Shown in pieces: positions 9,101-18,389 of a stretch of 53,596 bases of DNA. Source of the DNA: a virus. Its lineage: Duplodnaviria > Caudoviricetes. The translations under genes were made by a program, and so were the position numbers. Position 1 is the stretch's first letter. Every line of letters starts with the position of its first letter. The stretch covers positions 1-53,596 of the IMG/VR virus record IMGVR_UViG_3300017700_000477; one strand, 5' to 3'. Under the pieces are notes generated by a model. The model made no database searches and was not told the origin of the DNA. It saw nothing but the letters and a program-made list of their open reading frames with translations.

Positions 9101-11335
9101 TTAAAAAATACCGTCCGTGTTGGGCTTCACAAATACCCACGCCGACGTCTTGAGGGCGTGGTCGTACCGCTTGGTACGCGACCAGCCGCGGCGCTTGAGG
9201 TGCTTGGCGATGCGGCTGGCGGTGCTCTGGTTCCTGTGGGCGGACGGCAGTGATAGGCACGCCTCCCCCATGATGCTGGCCGTCGTGACCTGGGCGAGCC
9301 GGGCGATGTGCTCGTCGATCGTCGCCGACCAGGCGTCGTCCTCGTAGCGGTTGTCCTGCTCGACCTGGGACTCGGCGATGACCTCGTCGTCGTCCAGCCA
9401 CCACGACTCCTTGTTGCGGTAGGCGGCGACAGCCTCGGCCCATAGCTGCGGCTGGTCCTTGGCCAGGCTCTCGTGGTCGCAGGACTTGACCAGCACCGGC
9501 CAGAAGCGGCGGGCGCCCGTGCTGTCGCGCATGTAGCCGCCGCCGTCCGGGTTGTAGCTGCCGCCGAGGATGCACTGGCGCGGCGCCTCGATGAGCGCGC
9601 GGCCATAGGGCGGGCGGTAGCGGTCGGTCGTGCGGGTGAGCCACGCCTTGAGCGCGTTGACATCCTTCTCGAGACCGGACAACTCGGCGAGCTCGACGAT
9701 CACGACGCCCTGAAGTTGCATCGCGGCGTCCTTGCTGCCGATGTCGCTGATCTCGTCGGTGAAATAGGAGGCGCGGCCGAAGGTGCCGAGGATCTTGAGC
9801 GCCTTGCTCTTGCCGAGTCCCTGGTGTCCCTCGAGGATCAGCATGGTGTCCATCTTGCAGCCGGGGCTGAGAACGCGCGCCACGGCGCCGATCAACCATT
9901 TGCGTCCGACGGCGCTGACGTACGGGCTGGGGTCGGCGCCCATGTAGTGGGTGAGCCAGCCGGACAGGCGCTGGCTGCCATCCCATTTCAGGTCACACAG
10001 CCAGTCGGCTGCCGGGTTGAACGGGTTGGCGTAGGCGGCGGTCTCGCAGGCGCCGTGGATGGTCGCCGTCGGCTTGGACACGCCCTTGGTCTCAAGCCAG
10101 GCGGTGGCCCATGCCACGTCCCGGTCGGTGAGGCTGCGCTGCTCCCATTCCGTCCCGTCGTCCTCGTCCCAATGCGGGCGCCGGCAGATGACAACGCTGC
10201 GGGAGAACATGTTGAAGCCGAAGACGCCACGCAGGTCGGGGTGGTTGATCAGCAGGATGAGCGCGTTCTTGTACTTGTTGGCGATCGAGCCGCCGTCGTC
10301 CTTGCGGATGAGCTCGCGCTCCCATGCATCGTCGGCGCCATAGCCTTTGTCCGGCTGGCGGATGTCGACGATCGTCGCCGTCTCGGCCTGCTGGGTGGTG
10401 ATGGCCGCCGGCGCCGGGCGCTGCGGGCGGGCGGTGCGCGTCGGCTCGGGAGCGGAGCGGGGCGACAGCATGCCGGCCGACATCGCGCGCTCGACCTTCT
10501 CACTGATGTCGGTGACGGTCCAGTCGCGGGCGATCGCCATGGCTGCGTCGACCAGGGCCGCGCGGGCGATGCTCTCGGTGATCTCGCCGCCGCCAACCAG
10601 GCTGCCGATGACGAAGGCGGAGGTATTGAGCGTGACCTCCTGGTTGCCGGGCGTGCTGGTCGTGATCTTGTGGCACTCGTCGCGCAGTGCCGCCTCACCA
10701 TAGGCTGAGATCAACTTGCTGCCGGGCTGCACCGGCGCGCGCGGGGCGGACGGGACCACGGCCAGTTTCGGGGCCTGGGATGGCTTCCACTCCAGGATCG
10801 CGCGCAGCCACTCCGGCATGGCGGCGAAGGGCATCTTGCTCGGCCGGCGCTCGGCGTGCCAGGCATAGACGGCGCCGCTGGCGTGCTTCGACGGGGCGGC
10901 GACGATATAGCCGCCGTCGCCGCGGACGTCGATCTTGGCGCGGGGGTCGGCGCCATAGCGCGGGTGGCGGCTGGCGCTGTTGCGGATGGGCCGCTCGGGG
11001 TCGTAGGCGAAGCAGATGTGCCGACCGCGGGCTGTCGTCTGCTCGGGCGTCTCCGGCAGGGCGCCGTGCTCGGCTTCCATGGCTGCCAGGCTGGCCGCAC
11101 CCTCGGGTCCGTCGACGTCGACCACGACGAAGGTGGCAGCCGCACCGGTCGGGATGCCGACGTTGAAGTCAGGACGGCTCGACCACCAGGCGGAGATCTT
11201 GGTGAGGTCGGTCGTCGCGTCGAGCAGGCCGTGGTCGGTCGCCGGGCGCTTGAACGTGTCGGCGGCCACGATCGGGAAGACGGCGATGCCGCGCTTGGCG
11301 TAGGCTTCGGCTGCCTGGTGGGTGGGGGATTTCAT
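9101..11335 (-). CDS. Bifunctional Prim-Pol primase fused to VirE/VapE-type helicase
   Basis: KRP...G..DAT, NVGI.TG, VVDVD, GRH, IDVRGDGGYIVAAPS; C-terminal PGCK.D, G.QG.GKS, ELAEL, RRFWPV. Confidence 0.93.
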   Translation of the reverse strand: MKSPTHQAAEAYAKRGIAVFPIVAADTFKRPATDHGLLDATTDLTKISAWWSSRPDFNVGIPTGAAATFVVVDVDGPEGAASLAAMEAEHGALPETPEQTTARGRHICFAYDPERPIRNSASRHPRYGADPRAKIDVRGDGGYIVAAPSKHASGAVYAWHAERRPSKMPFAAMPEWLRAILEWKPSQAPKLAVVPSAPRAPVQPGSKLISAYGEAALRDECHKITTSTPGNQEVTLNTSAFVIGSLVGGGEITESIARAALVDAAMAIARDWTVTDISEKVERAMSAGMLSPRSAPEPTRTARPQRPAPAAITTQQAETATIVDIRQPDKGYGADDAWERELIRKDDGGSIANKYKNALILLINHPDLRGVFGFNMFSRSVVICRRPHWDEDDGTEWEQRSLTDRDVAWATAWLETKGVSKPTATIHGACETAAYANPFNPAADWLCDLKWDGSQRLSGWLTHYMGADPSPYVSAVGRKWLIGAVARVLSPGCKMDTMLILEGHQGLGKSKALKILGTFGRASYFTDEISDIGSKDAAMQLQGVVIVELAELSGLEKDVNALKAWLTRTTDRYRPPYGRALIEAPRQCILGGSYNPDGGGYMRDSTGARRFWPVLVKSCDHESLAKDQPQLWAEAVAAYRNKESWWLDDDEVIAESQVEQDNRYEDDAWSATIDEHIARLAQVTTASIMGEACLSLPSAHRNQSTASRIAKHLKRRGWSRTKRYDHALKTSAWVFVKPNTDGIF

Positions 11336-11490
11336 GGGCTGGGCTGTGCCGCCTGGGCCAGCCGGCGCTTGATCTCGCGCTTCATGGACTCCAGCCGCAT
11401 GCGGCGGAGCGTGGCCAGGTGGGCGAGTTTGCCGCGCGTGGCGGTGCGGGCGCGGCGGATCTGAGCCTCGAGGGCCGGGTAGTCCTTCAC
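11332..11490 (-). CDS. Small basic hypothetical protein
   Basis: GTGA/ATGA coupling. Confidence 0.6.
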   Translation of the reverse strand: MKDYPALEAQIRRARTATRGKLAHLATLRRMRLESMKREIKRRLAQAAQPSP

Positions 11491-12056
11491 GCTGCCACCT
11501 GCTGCTCGTCGAATTTGGTCGACTGGTTGCCCCATGACTCCCAGCCGGGGCGGGACTGGCGCGCGAACAGCTCGACATAGGGGCCGGCGACGAGGCGCTC
11601 GATCAGGCCATACTGCTCGTCCGGCTTGCGGCTGTGTTCGCGGCGGGGTGCCATGATGACTTCGCGCACGCCCTTATCGAGACGCTTCGGCTTGCCGCGT
11701 GTGAACATGAGGCAGACCTCGGCGCTCTTGCGGGTCCAGTAGCCCATGCCGATACGCGGCTGACCGTTCTTCGCCGTCTTGACCCAGACGAAGGCGATCG
11801 TCTTGAAGCCGAAGCCCCACGCCTTGGCGAGGTCAATCGCCTGGTCGACGTGGCTGTCGACGGTCCACATGAACAGGACGGCGTCCTTGGCAACGATCGT
11901 CGAGACGGGGATGGCGGCTAGGCTGGTATGGCCGACGGTGCTGTAATGGTCCTCGGCGGTGCGATGTGGCGTCCCGGTCTTGCCGCTCCAGGTCTTGAAC
12001 GACCAGGGCGGGTCCGCGAGCACGACTCCGAACGGCCCGGGTGGCAGTGGCGTCAC
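11487..12056 (-). CDS. MT-A70 family N6-adenine methyltransferase
   Basis: ADPPW, LFMW, WGF.FKT..FVWVK, GMGYWTR, HSRKP, ELFAR..RPGW..WGN. Confidence 0.93.
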   Translation of the reverse strand: MTPLPPGPFGVVLADPPWSFKTWSGKTGTPHRTAEDHYSTVGHTSLAAIPVSTIVAKDAVLFMWTVDSHVDQAIDLAKAWGFGFKTIAFVWVKTAKNGQPRIGMGYWTRKSAEVCLMFTRGKPKRLDKGVREVIMAPRREHSRKPDEQYGLIERLVAGPYVELFARQSRPGWESWGNQSTKFDEQQVAA

Positions 12057-12295
12057 GCTGCCACCGCCATCCGCGGAGCAGGCGCCGTCTCGGCCAGCCC
12101 CTTGAGCTGAACCAGCGACCGGAGGTTGCCAACCTCTGCCCATCCAGTGGTCTCCGGCAGCCACAGAACCCAGCGACCGTCGAGGCGGCGGGTGATGAAG
12201 GCGACCTCGGCTCCGTCGCGGGTGCCGATGTGGTCTGCGTGCTGCAGGCGGACAGGCGCTGCGCGCTCTTTGGTGATGCGGGTCCAGGTGATCAT
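12053..12295 (-). CDS. Hypothetical protein
   Basis: ATGA/GTGA coupling. Confidence 0.6.
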   Translation of the reverse strand: MITWTRITKERAAPVRLQHADHIGTRDGAEVAFITRRLDGRWVLWLPETTGWAEVGNLRSLVQLKGLAETAPAPRMAVAA

Positions 12296-12423
12296 TTCGC
12301 CATCCTCGTCATGCTGATGCCCACATGGGCCGCCAGTCCGATCAGCGCGAAGACGATCGCCGCGCCGAGATTGCCGCACGCCAGCGAGGCGCCGCACATG
12401 GTTCCGAAGGTGAAGGGGATCAT
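12292..12423 (-). CDS. Small hydrophobic membrane peptide (43 aa)
   Basis: MIPFTFG...AAIVFALIGLAA; coupled. Confidence 0.5.
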   Translation of the reverse strand: MIPFTFGTMCGASLACGNLGAAIVFALIGLAAHVGISMTRMAK

Positions 12424-12551
12424 GGCTGCCATCCCTGGGCCATCAGCAGGCCGGTGCAGATGACCGCCACCAGGCAGCCCCAGCGCACGAAGGCACGCAC
12501 GTAGTCGTCGGCGGACGCAGCGTAGTCGTTGTCCTGATCGCGGTCGGTCAT
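12420..12551 (-). CDS. Small membrane peptide (43 aa, MTDRDQDNDY...WGCLVAVICTGLLM)
   Basis: Hand-translated; SD AGGAGG; ATGA coupling on both sides. Confidence 0.55.
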   Translation of the reverse strand: MTDRDQDNDYAASADDYVRAFVRWGCLVAVICTGLLMAQGWQP

Positions 12552-12790
12552 GCTGAGGGCCTCCTGCCGTGGAACCTAGTGAGGACGATGCCGGCGTACC
12601 GGCTGGTGTTGAGCCGGCGGTCGTCCATCCAGACCCGGCACAGCGTCTCGCGGGGAATGCGCAGCCACGCGGCCAGCCGGCCAACGCGCTCGTCCTTGGT
12701 GGCGTCGGGCGTGTAGGTGCCGAGCTCGTCGGCGACCACGCGCGCGGCCAGGCGGCGAAGCTGGGGGCGGTAGGAATTGGAGGTGGTCAT
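12548..12790 (-). CDS. Hypothetical protein, possible HTH
   Basis: RLAAWLRIPRETLCR; coupled. Confidence 0.6.
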   Translation of the reverse strand: MTTSNSYRPQLRRLAARVVADELGTYTPDATKDERVGRLAAWLRIPRETLCRVWMDDRRLNTSRYAGIVLTRFHGRRPSA

Positions 12791-13113
12791 TGGGCGGCCT
12801 TCGCGCGAAGGGCGGCGGCGCAGAGGGCGAGAGGCAGAGACCTGCCCTCCTGAATAACCGTGCGGTTCGTGGGATGTGATCGGCCGAGCGTAACTTGTGC
12901 GTGTCGACCGTTCTCAGAGAGGCCGAGGAAAAACGACCATCCCGCCGGCACGAGCGTCACGGCAGCATCAAGGCTGGTGGTGTAGGGCTTGTACTTCCAA
13001 GGCGTTGCTGGGGGCGTGAGCGCATCCAAGATGTCGAAGTCCAGCGTCTGGCTCGGCTCCTCCCGCTCGCACCGCTCGGCCACCGCCATGAGCGTCTCTC
13101 TCACGGCGCTCAT
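12787..13113 (-). CDS. Conserved phage hypothetical protein (YTTSLDAAVTLVP.GW...PLALCAAALRA)
   Basis: Recurrent phage motif. Confidence 0.7.
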   Translation of the reverse strand: MSAVRETLMAVAERCEREEPSQTLDFDILDALTPPATPWKYKPYTTSLDAAVTLVPAGWSFFLGLSENGRHAQVTLGRSHPTNRTVIQEGRSLPLALCAAALRAKAAQ

Positions 13114-13472
13114 ATCACCGACCGCCCGCGCTGCTTGCTGGGCATCGGCCCCTCGATGACGTTGGCGACCACCGTCTCGAGGTCTGCAGCCGGCACCACG
13201 CCGACGATCGCTGCCACCCGGACGGCGTCGCGAACGACCCTGCGGCTGGCCCTGGGGCTCACGTTGACCACTAGGCTGATGGTGGCCTGCGTCGTCTCCA
13301 GGAGGTCAGCCAGGCGCGTCTGGCTCATGCCGCTGGCTAGTAGGCGGAGGCAGGCTTCCGATCCCAGCATGCGGGCTTTGGCTGCATGATCCGCTGCCGA
13401 GGCGCCGATCTTGCGCATCTCGTCGAGGGCGGCCGTTGCGATTTCCGACGGTGACGGAGGCTGTGAAGGCAT
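13110..13472 (-). CDS. Cro-like XRE HTH regulator heading the second leftward operon
   Basis: SGMSQTRLADLLETTQATIS. Confidence 0.7.
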   Translation of the reverse strand: MPSQPPSPSEIATAALDEMRKIGASAADHAAKARMLGSEACLRLLASGMSQTRLADLLETTQATISLVVNVSPRASRRVVRDAVRVAAIVGVVPAADLETVVANVIEGPMPSKQRGRSVI

Positions 13473-13511
13473 TTGGATTTCCCCATGTCGGCCTTGTCTG
13501 GCCGGCCCGTG

Positions 13512-13564
13512 TATATACTCACGGCGTTGGGAAATGCGCAAGCGCCAAATGGCGAAAATCGCAA
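13512..13564 (-). promoter_or_regulatory. Leftward promoter (TTGCGC, TATATA) with two operators (13527, 13550)
   Basis: TTGGGAAATGCGCAA overlaps the -35 exactly as at PL; TGGCGAAAATCGCAA lies upstream. Confidence 0.6.
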
Positions 13565-13565
13565 T

Positions 13566-13860
13566 CCTTCCCCTTTTTCGTAGTTATCCACAGGACAGGG
13601 GGAAGGCCTTATTTATGTCGGCGCTATTAACACATTGAAAACAAACGATACTGTCACATTCCCCCTCTTCCCCCTTTTTTGGCAAACTTTGGAGCATTCG
13701 TAATTATGTATATAACCCCAATATTCCTATATACACTCTCTATACCTCTTTAATATTCTTATAATTTAGAGGAAGAGAGTAATATATAGAGGAATACCAA
13801 AGGGTTAGAGTTCGTGACCATGCTTTTTAGCAGGGGGAAGGAAGGGGGAAGAGAGGAAGG
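13566..13860. other. Replication origin candidate
   Basis: Strongly AT-rich noncoding core flanked by inverted AGGGGGAA/TTCCCCCT repeats; DnaA box TTATCCACA at 13584. Confidence 0.6.
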
Positions 13861-13869
13861 AAATAGTCG

Positions 13870-14199
13870 TTGCGTTTTTCCAAATTTTCTATCAGGGTGC
13901 AACTTGGCGAAGACGAGGAGCACCCCTTGGAAATCGAAATCTTCTGGAACCCCATACGCCGCGAACCCTTCGGCCAGCCATACGCGCTCGGCGTCCACAA
14001 CTCGTACAGCCTCGGTCCCGACATCCAGGGCAGCTCGCAAACCAACTACTACGGCGCGGCCGGTCTCGACGCCTCGCCCGTTTCGATTTTCGATCTGATC
14101 GCCATGGCCGTGGATGCCGCGATCGCAGCCGAGCGGATCATGCTCGGTGCCACTGCCGGCCGGCTGATGCCGGACACAACCAGCCAGGCGGTGCATTGA
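13870..14199 (+). CDS. Hypothetical protein (start uncertain)
   Basis: Good codon usage in the 3' part; TGATG coupling. Confidence 0.6.
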   Translation: MRFSKFSIRVQLGEDEEHPLEIEIFWNPIRREPFGQPYALGVHNSYSLGPDIQGSSQTNYYGAAGLDASPVSIFDLIAMAVDAAIAAERIMLGATAGRLMPDTTSQAVH

Positions 14200-14372
14200 T
14201 GCGCGGGTACTACCGCCACCGCCGGCAAGCCAGCATCCGCCTGTGCTCCGACGAGCTGGACGACGACAAGGCGGTCGTCGGCGAGATGTTCGACACCCTC
14301 GGCCACGACGAGCTCGCCGCGATCGAGATCGAGGTCGGCGCCACAGCCAGCCGCTGCCAGGGAGCCGAGTGA
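14199..14372 (+). CDS. Small hypothetical protein (57 aa, MRGYYRHRR)
   Basis: Hand-translated; TGATG coupling at both ends. Confidence 0.6.
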   Translation: MRGYYRHRRQASIRLCSDELDDDKAVVGEMFDTLGHDELAAIEIEVGATASRCQGAE

Positions 14373-14701
14373 TGCGTCCCCCGATCGTCCCGCGGTCGCT
14401 CCGCCCGTTCACGGCGCTCGACAACGCCATCCTCCTGATGATCAAGCACTCCATCGGCGGGCCGTGCCCCACCATTCGCGAGATCCGCGAGTGGACCGCA
14501 ATGCCACGTCGCCGCATCTGGGATTACCTCTCGGGCATGGTCGACCGCGGTCTCATCGAGGTCGAGCTCAAGGAAACGAAAGAGGTCGGCAAGGATCCCA
14601 AGCTGCGCCGCATGCGCGCCGTCGGCGGGGAATGGACGGGCTGGACTGCGCGCGGTGGCTGTCCGGCAATAGACGCCAAATGCGAGGCGGGTGGCGCGTA
14701 G
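14372..14701 (+). CDS. Winged-HTH (LexA-N-like) regulator; candidate late activator
   Basis: PTIREI...M.RRRIWDYLSGMVDRGLIE; immediately upstream of the first late promoter. Confidence 0.7.
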   Translation: MRPPIVPRSLRPFTALDNAILLMIKHSIGGPCPTIREIREWTAMPRRRIWDYLSGMVDRGLIEVELKETKEVGKDPKLRRMRAVGGEWTGWTARGGCPAIDAKCEAGGA

Positions 14702-14711
14702 GGATTATCCT
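14666..14711 (+). promoter_or_regulatory. Late promoter copy 1 (GCAATAGACGCCAAA-N25-TATCCT)
   Basis: Variant of a motif found at 23109, 41291 and 44037. Confidence 0.65.
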
Positions 14712-14720
14712 CGCGCGCAC

Positions 14721-15254
14721 ATGGCAACAGCCCCGAAACTTCCTCACGGCCGCCCGTCGGTCTACACCGACGAGATCGCGGCAACGATCTGCGAACGCCT
14801 GGCGGCGGGCGAGTCGTTGCGTGCCATTTGCCGTGACCCAGGCTTGCCGGTGGCTGCCACGGTGCTGACCTGGGCGAAGACCAATCCGACATTTTCTGAA
14901 CAATATGGTTCTGCCAGGCAGATTGGCTACCAGCACCTCGCCGACGACCTGCTCGAGATTGCCGACGACACCGTCAACGACTCGCTGGCCAACGAGGACG
15001 GTTCGCCCCGCCAGAACGGCGAGTGGATCGCCCGCTCACGCCTCCGCGTCGACACGCGCAAGTGGCTCCTGAGCAAGATGCTGCCCAAGCTCTACGGCGA
15101 CAAACTCGAGACCACGACCAAGATGGTCGACGAAAACGACGTCCCCGTCTCCCCGATCGAGATGGCGCGTCGCATCGCGTTCGCCTTCGCACAAAGCGGG
15201 GCAACACCGGAGCAACCCGCTCCCTCTCCGACAAAGCAACCCAAGCAACCCTAG
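14721..15254 (+). CDS. terS: Terminase small subunit (Sf6 gp1-like)
   Basis: GRPSVYT.EIA..ICERLA.GESLRAIC, EIADD, RSRLRVDTRKWLLSK..PK.YGDK. Confidence 0.93.
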   Translation: MATAPKLPHGRPSVYTDEIAATICERLAAGESLRAICRDPGLPVAATVLTWAKTNPTFSEQYGSARQIGYQHLADDLLEIADDTVNDSLANEDGSPRQNGEWIARSRLRVDTRKWLLSKMLPKLYGDKLETTTKMVDENDVPVSPIEMARRIAFAFAQSGATPEQPAPSPTKQPKQP

Positions 15255-15269
15255 CAACTGGAGATACCA

Positions 15270-15854
15270 ATGGCTTTCGCTAAGAAAATCCTCACGTCCC
15301 TCTACGGCCGCCGCCTGGGCCTCGACGACGATGGCAATCTCGTCAACGGCAAGTGGGACGGCAACCATCCCGTCCTGGTGGCCAACGCTGCTGCAGCCTC
15401 CAGCGCCATCTCGGCCACCATCGTCGAGACCGCCTTCAGCAACGCCAGCTTCTCGATCCCGGCCGGCTACCTCCGCGCCGGCTCGCTGATCAAGTTCGGC
15501 TGGCAGGGCATCGCCACGTCGACCAACTCGACCGACACGCTGCTGATCAAGGCATACGTGAACGCCGCCGCGGTTGCGACCGGCGTGGCGACCGACGTGG
15601 CCAACAACGCCATGTTCTCCGGTGAGGCGAGTGTCGCCATCCGCACGATCGGCGCGGCCGGCACGTTCGTCGCCAACTCCAGCCACACCAAGGTCCCTGC
15701 GGCCTCGGCGACGGCTTCCTGCGTCGAGGAGCTGACGGCTTCGACCGCGATCGACACGACCGCTGCGGTGGTTATTTCGGTTAAGGCGACGTGGTCGGTG
15801 TCCTCGGGCAGCAACAGCGTCCGCAACGACCTGTTCTGGCTGACGGTCGGCTAA
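15270..15854 (+). CDS. Probable beta-rich virion accessory protein
   Basis: Ala/Thr/Ser-rich beta-sandwich-like composition; SD GGAG. Confidence 0.6.
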   Translation: MAFAKKILTSLYGRRLGLDDDGNLVNGKWDGNHPVLVANAAAASSAISATIVETAFSNASFSIPAGYLRAGSLIKFGWQGIATSTNSTDTLLIKAYVNAAAVATGVATDVANNAMFSGEASVAIRTIGAAGTFVANSSHTKVPAASATASCVEELTASTAIDTTAAVVISVKATWSVSSGSNSVRNDLFWLTVG

Positions 15855-15858
15855 GGGC

Positions 15859-16143
15859 ATGTCTGGGACCCGTGAAGTCGAGCTCCCGGCCGACGTGGCA
15901 TCGCTTCATGCGATGGTGCGTGGCCTGCAGTCGGAGCTTGTGGCCGTGAAGGATGGCGTCTTGGCCGTGACGGCCCAGGCGAACGCCACGATCGGCGTTC
16001 TCGAGGCGGCACTCGTCGAGGCTGACGAGGCGCTGGCTGTGTCGGCGTCCGCGCTGGCCGAGACAGAGCACGAGCTGGCCAATGCAGAAGCCGCGCTGGC
16101 CGATGCAACTGCCAAGCCCAAATCCACCAAGAAGGCCAGCTAG
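15859..16143 (+). CDS. Coiled-coil hypothetical protein
   Basis: Heptad Ala/Glu/Leu pattern. Confidence 0.65.
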   Translation: MSGTREVELPADVASLHAMVRGLQSELVAVKDGVLAVTAQANATIGVLEAALVEADEALAVSASALAETEHELANAEAALADATAKPKSTKKAS

Positions 16144-16149
16144 CCACCC

Positions 16150-17772
16150 ATGACGACCGCCACCGCTCCCAACCTGCTCGACGGCATCATCGCGCGCTTC
16201 CTCGCGATGCCTGCTGCCGAGCAGGCGGCGGTGGCTGACATGGCCAAGCAGGCCACCAAGGGCATGCAGTTCGTGCCCAACACCGGCCCGCAGACGGATG
16301 CCTACCTGTCCGCTGCGGACGTGCTGCTCTACGGTGGCCAGGCTGGCGGCGGCAAGACCATGCTCGAGCTGGGCTGGGCCATCAACCGTGCCGATAGCGC
16401 CATCATCTTCCGCCGGGAGCGCACGCAGACCGACGGCCTCGAGAAAGAGGGCAAGAAGCTGATCGGTTCGGCCGGGCGCTTCAATGGCCAGGATCTCGAG
16501 TGGACGTGGCCGGACGGTAAGACGCTGAAACTGGCCGGCATGAAGGACGCAGACGACTGGATGGGCCACGCTGGCCGCGAGCGCGACTACATGGCGTTCG
16601 ACGAGGCTGGCGAGTTCCTCGAGTCGCAGGTGGCATCGCTGGCCGCATGGCTGCGCGCCCCTCCAGGCAAGCGCACGCGCGTCATCCTGGGCAGCAATCC
16701 GCCGCGATCGAGCGATGGCCAGTGGCTGCTCAAGTGGTTCGCGCCTTGGCTGGACGAGACGTTCGGCAACAAGGCATCCCCCGGCGAGCTCCGCTGGGCG
16801 GTCTACGTGACCGAGAGCGGGCAGAGCAAGCTGGTGTGGGTCGACGGGCCGGGCGAGTACGAGATCACCGGCGAGACCTACACGGCCAAGTCCTACACGT
16901 TCATCCCGGCCAGCCTGTCGGACAATCCCTTCCGCGACACGCCCGAGTACCGCGCGCAGCTTCAGTCGCTGCCCGAGCCCACGCGGTCGCAATTGCTCTA
17001 TGGCGACTTCGGCGCCGGCCTGCAGGACGCGGTCGACCAGGTCATCCCCACGGCCTGGATCCGCGAGGCGCAGAAGCGTTGGACCCCGCGGCCTCCCGCC
17101 GGCGTGCCGATGTGCGCCATGGGTGTCGACGCCTCCGGTGGCGGCAACGATCCCATGGTCATCGCACCGCGGCACGATGGCTGGTTCGCGCCCATGATCG
17201 AGACGCCGGGCAACACCATCCCTGTCGATCGGCTGGGCACCTATCAGGCTGGCATCGTGGTCAGCCATCGTCGCGACAACGCGCGGGTCATCGTCGACCT
17301 GGGCGGTGGCTACGGTGGCGGCATCCTCGAGCACCTGTCGAGCAACAACTGCGAGGTCGAGGGCCACAAGGGCGCCGGCGGCTCGTCTGGGCGCACCAAG
17401 GACAGGCAGCTCACGTTCTTCAACAAGCGGAGCGAGGTCATCTGGCGCTTCCGTGAGGCGCTCGACCCCGACCAGCCTGGCGGCTCGCCCATCATGCTGC
17501 CGCCCGACCCCGAGCTCATGGCCGACCTGGCCGCTCCCATCAAGCAGACGGTGTCCTACAAGGGCGGCCTCTGCATCAAGCTGGAGTCCAAGGAGGACGT
17601 CTGCGCCAAGCTCGGCCGGTCCCCCAACAAGGGCGACGCGGTCGTCATGGCGTGGTCTGGCGGCATCAAGACGGCCAACCTTCAGGGCGGGTTCGCCGCC
17701 ATGTCTCGCAAGCGGCCAGAGGTGATCCTCGGCCATCAGGCAGCACGTCGCAGCAGCGGAAGCAGGAGATAG
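16150..17772 (+). CDS. terL: Terminase large subunit
   Basis: GPQ, YGGQAGGGKT, FDEA, SNP, GVDASGGG.D, SPNKGDAVVMA. Confidence 0.95.
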   Translation: MTTATAPNLLDGIIARFLAMPAAEQAAVADMAKQATKGMQFVPNTGPQTDAYLSAADVLLYGGQAGGGKTMLELGWAINRADSAIIFRRERTQTDGLEKEGKKLIGSAGRFNGQDLEWTWPDGKTLKLAGMKDADDWMGHAGRERDYMAFDEAGEFLESQVASLAAWLRAPPGKRTRVILGSNPPRSSDGQWLLKWFAPWLDETFGNKASPGELRWAVYVTESGQSKLVWVDGPGEYEITGETYTAKSYTFIPASLSDNPFRDTPEYRAQLQSLPEPTRSQLLYGDFGAGLQDAVDQVIPTAWIREAQKRWTPRPPAGVPMCAMGVDASGGGNDPMVIAPRHDGWFAPMIETPGNTIPVDRLGTYQAGIVVSHRRDNARVIVDLGGGYGGGILEHLSSNNCEVEGHKGAGGSSGRTKDRQLTFFNKRSEVIWRFREALDPDQPGGSPIMLPPDPELMADLAAPIKQTVSYKGGLCIKLESKEDVCAKLGRSPNKGDAVVMAWSGGIKTANLQGGFAAMSRKRPEVILGHQAARRSSGSRR

Positions 17773-17775
17773 ACA

Positions 17776-18099
17776 ATGGGTAGCATGCTAGGCGGCGGCG
17801 GTGGTGGTGGCAGCAACAAGCCATGGGTGAACCGTCCGCCCGATCCGGCTCCTCCGCCTCCGCTCAGCGAGACGCCGCCTCCCGCGCCCCCGTCGCTGTC
17901 GGACTACCTGCTGAGTTTTCGGCCGGCCCAGATTGAGACGCCCAAGCTGCCGGACCCAGCGCCTGAGCCCGTGGTCATGCCGGTGCCTGATCCCATGGCG
18001 CAGCGCAAGGCGGCCATCCGGCAGGTGGCGCAGCAGCGGTCGCGGCAGACGACGCGCGCCAGCACGATCATTGGCGACGACACGCTGGGGAGTGGGTGA
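17776..18099 (+). CDS. Pro-rich small virion protein preceding the portal
   Basis: MG...PxP...RASTI..D.TLG pattern typical of pre-portal podovirus genes. Confidence 0.65.
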   Translation: MGSMLGGGGGGGSNKPWVNRPPDPAPPPPLSETPPPAPPSLSDYLLSFRPAQIETPKLPDPAPEPVVMPVPDPMAQRKAAIRQVAQQRSRQTTRASTIIGDDTLGSG

Positions 18100-18389
18100 T
18101 GATCAGGCGCGCAGATACACCGTATGGCCGAGAGTGGGTCATGGCGGTTCCGCCGTCGTATGACAGCGTGAGCGTGAGCGCATATCTGGCTGGCCGTGAC
18201 CATCGCGAGATGACGCTGGCCGACCTTGGCGTCGGTCTGGCCGACGTGCCCTACGCCTTCTGGCTCGGCAAGGACGGCGAGGCCGAGGGCAACGTGTGGT
18301 GGCGCGCGGTCGTGGATTACACCAGGCGCGACGTCGACATCAACTCATTTTGGCGTACTCCCGCCGTTCGATTTGGCGAGGGCGAATGA
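18096..18389 (+). CDS. Hypothetical protein
   Basis: Coupled ORF. Confidence 0.6.
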   Translation: MMIRRADTPYGREWVMAVPPSYDSVSVSAYLAGRDHREMTLADLGVGLADVPYAFWLGKDGEAEGNVWWRAVVDYTRRDVDINSFWRTPAVRFGEGE

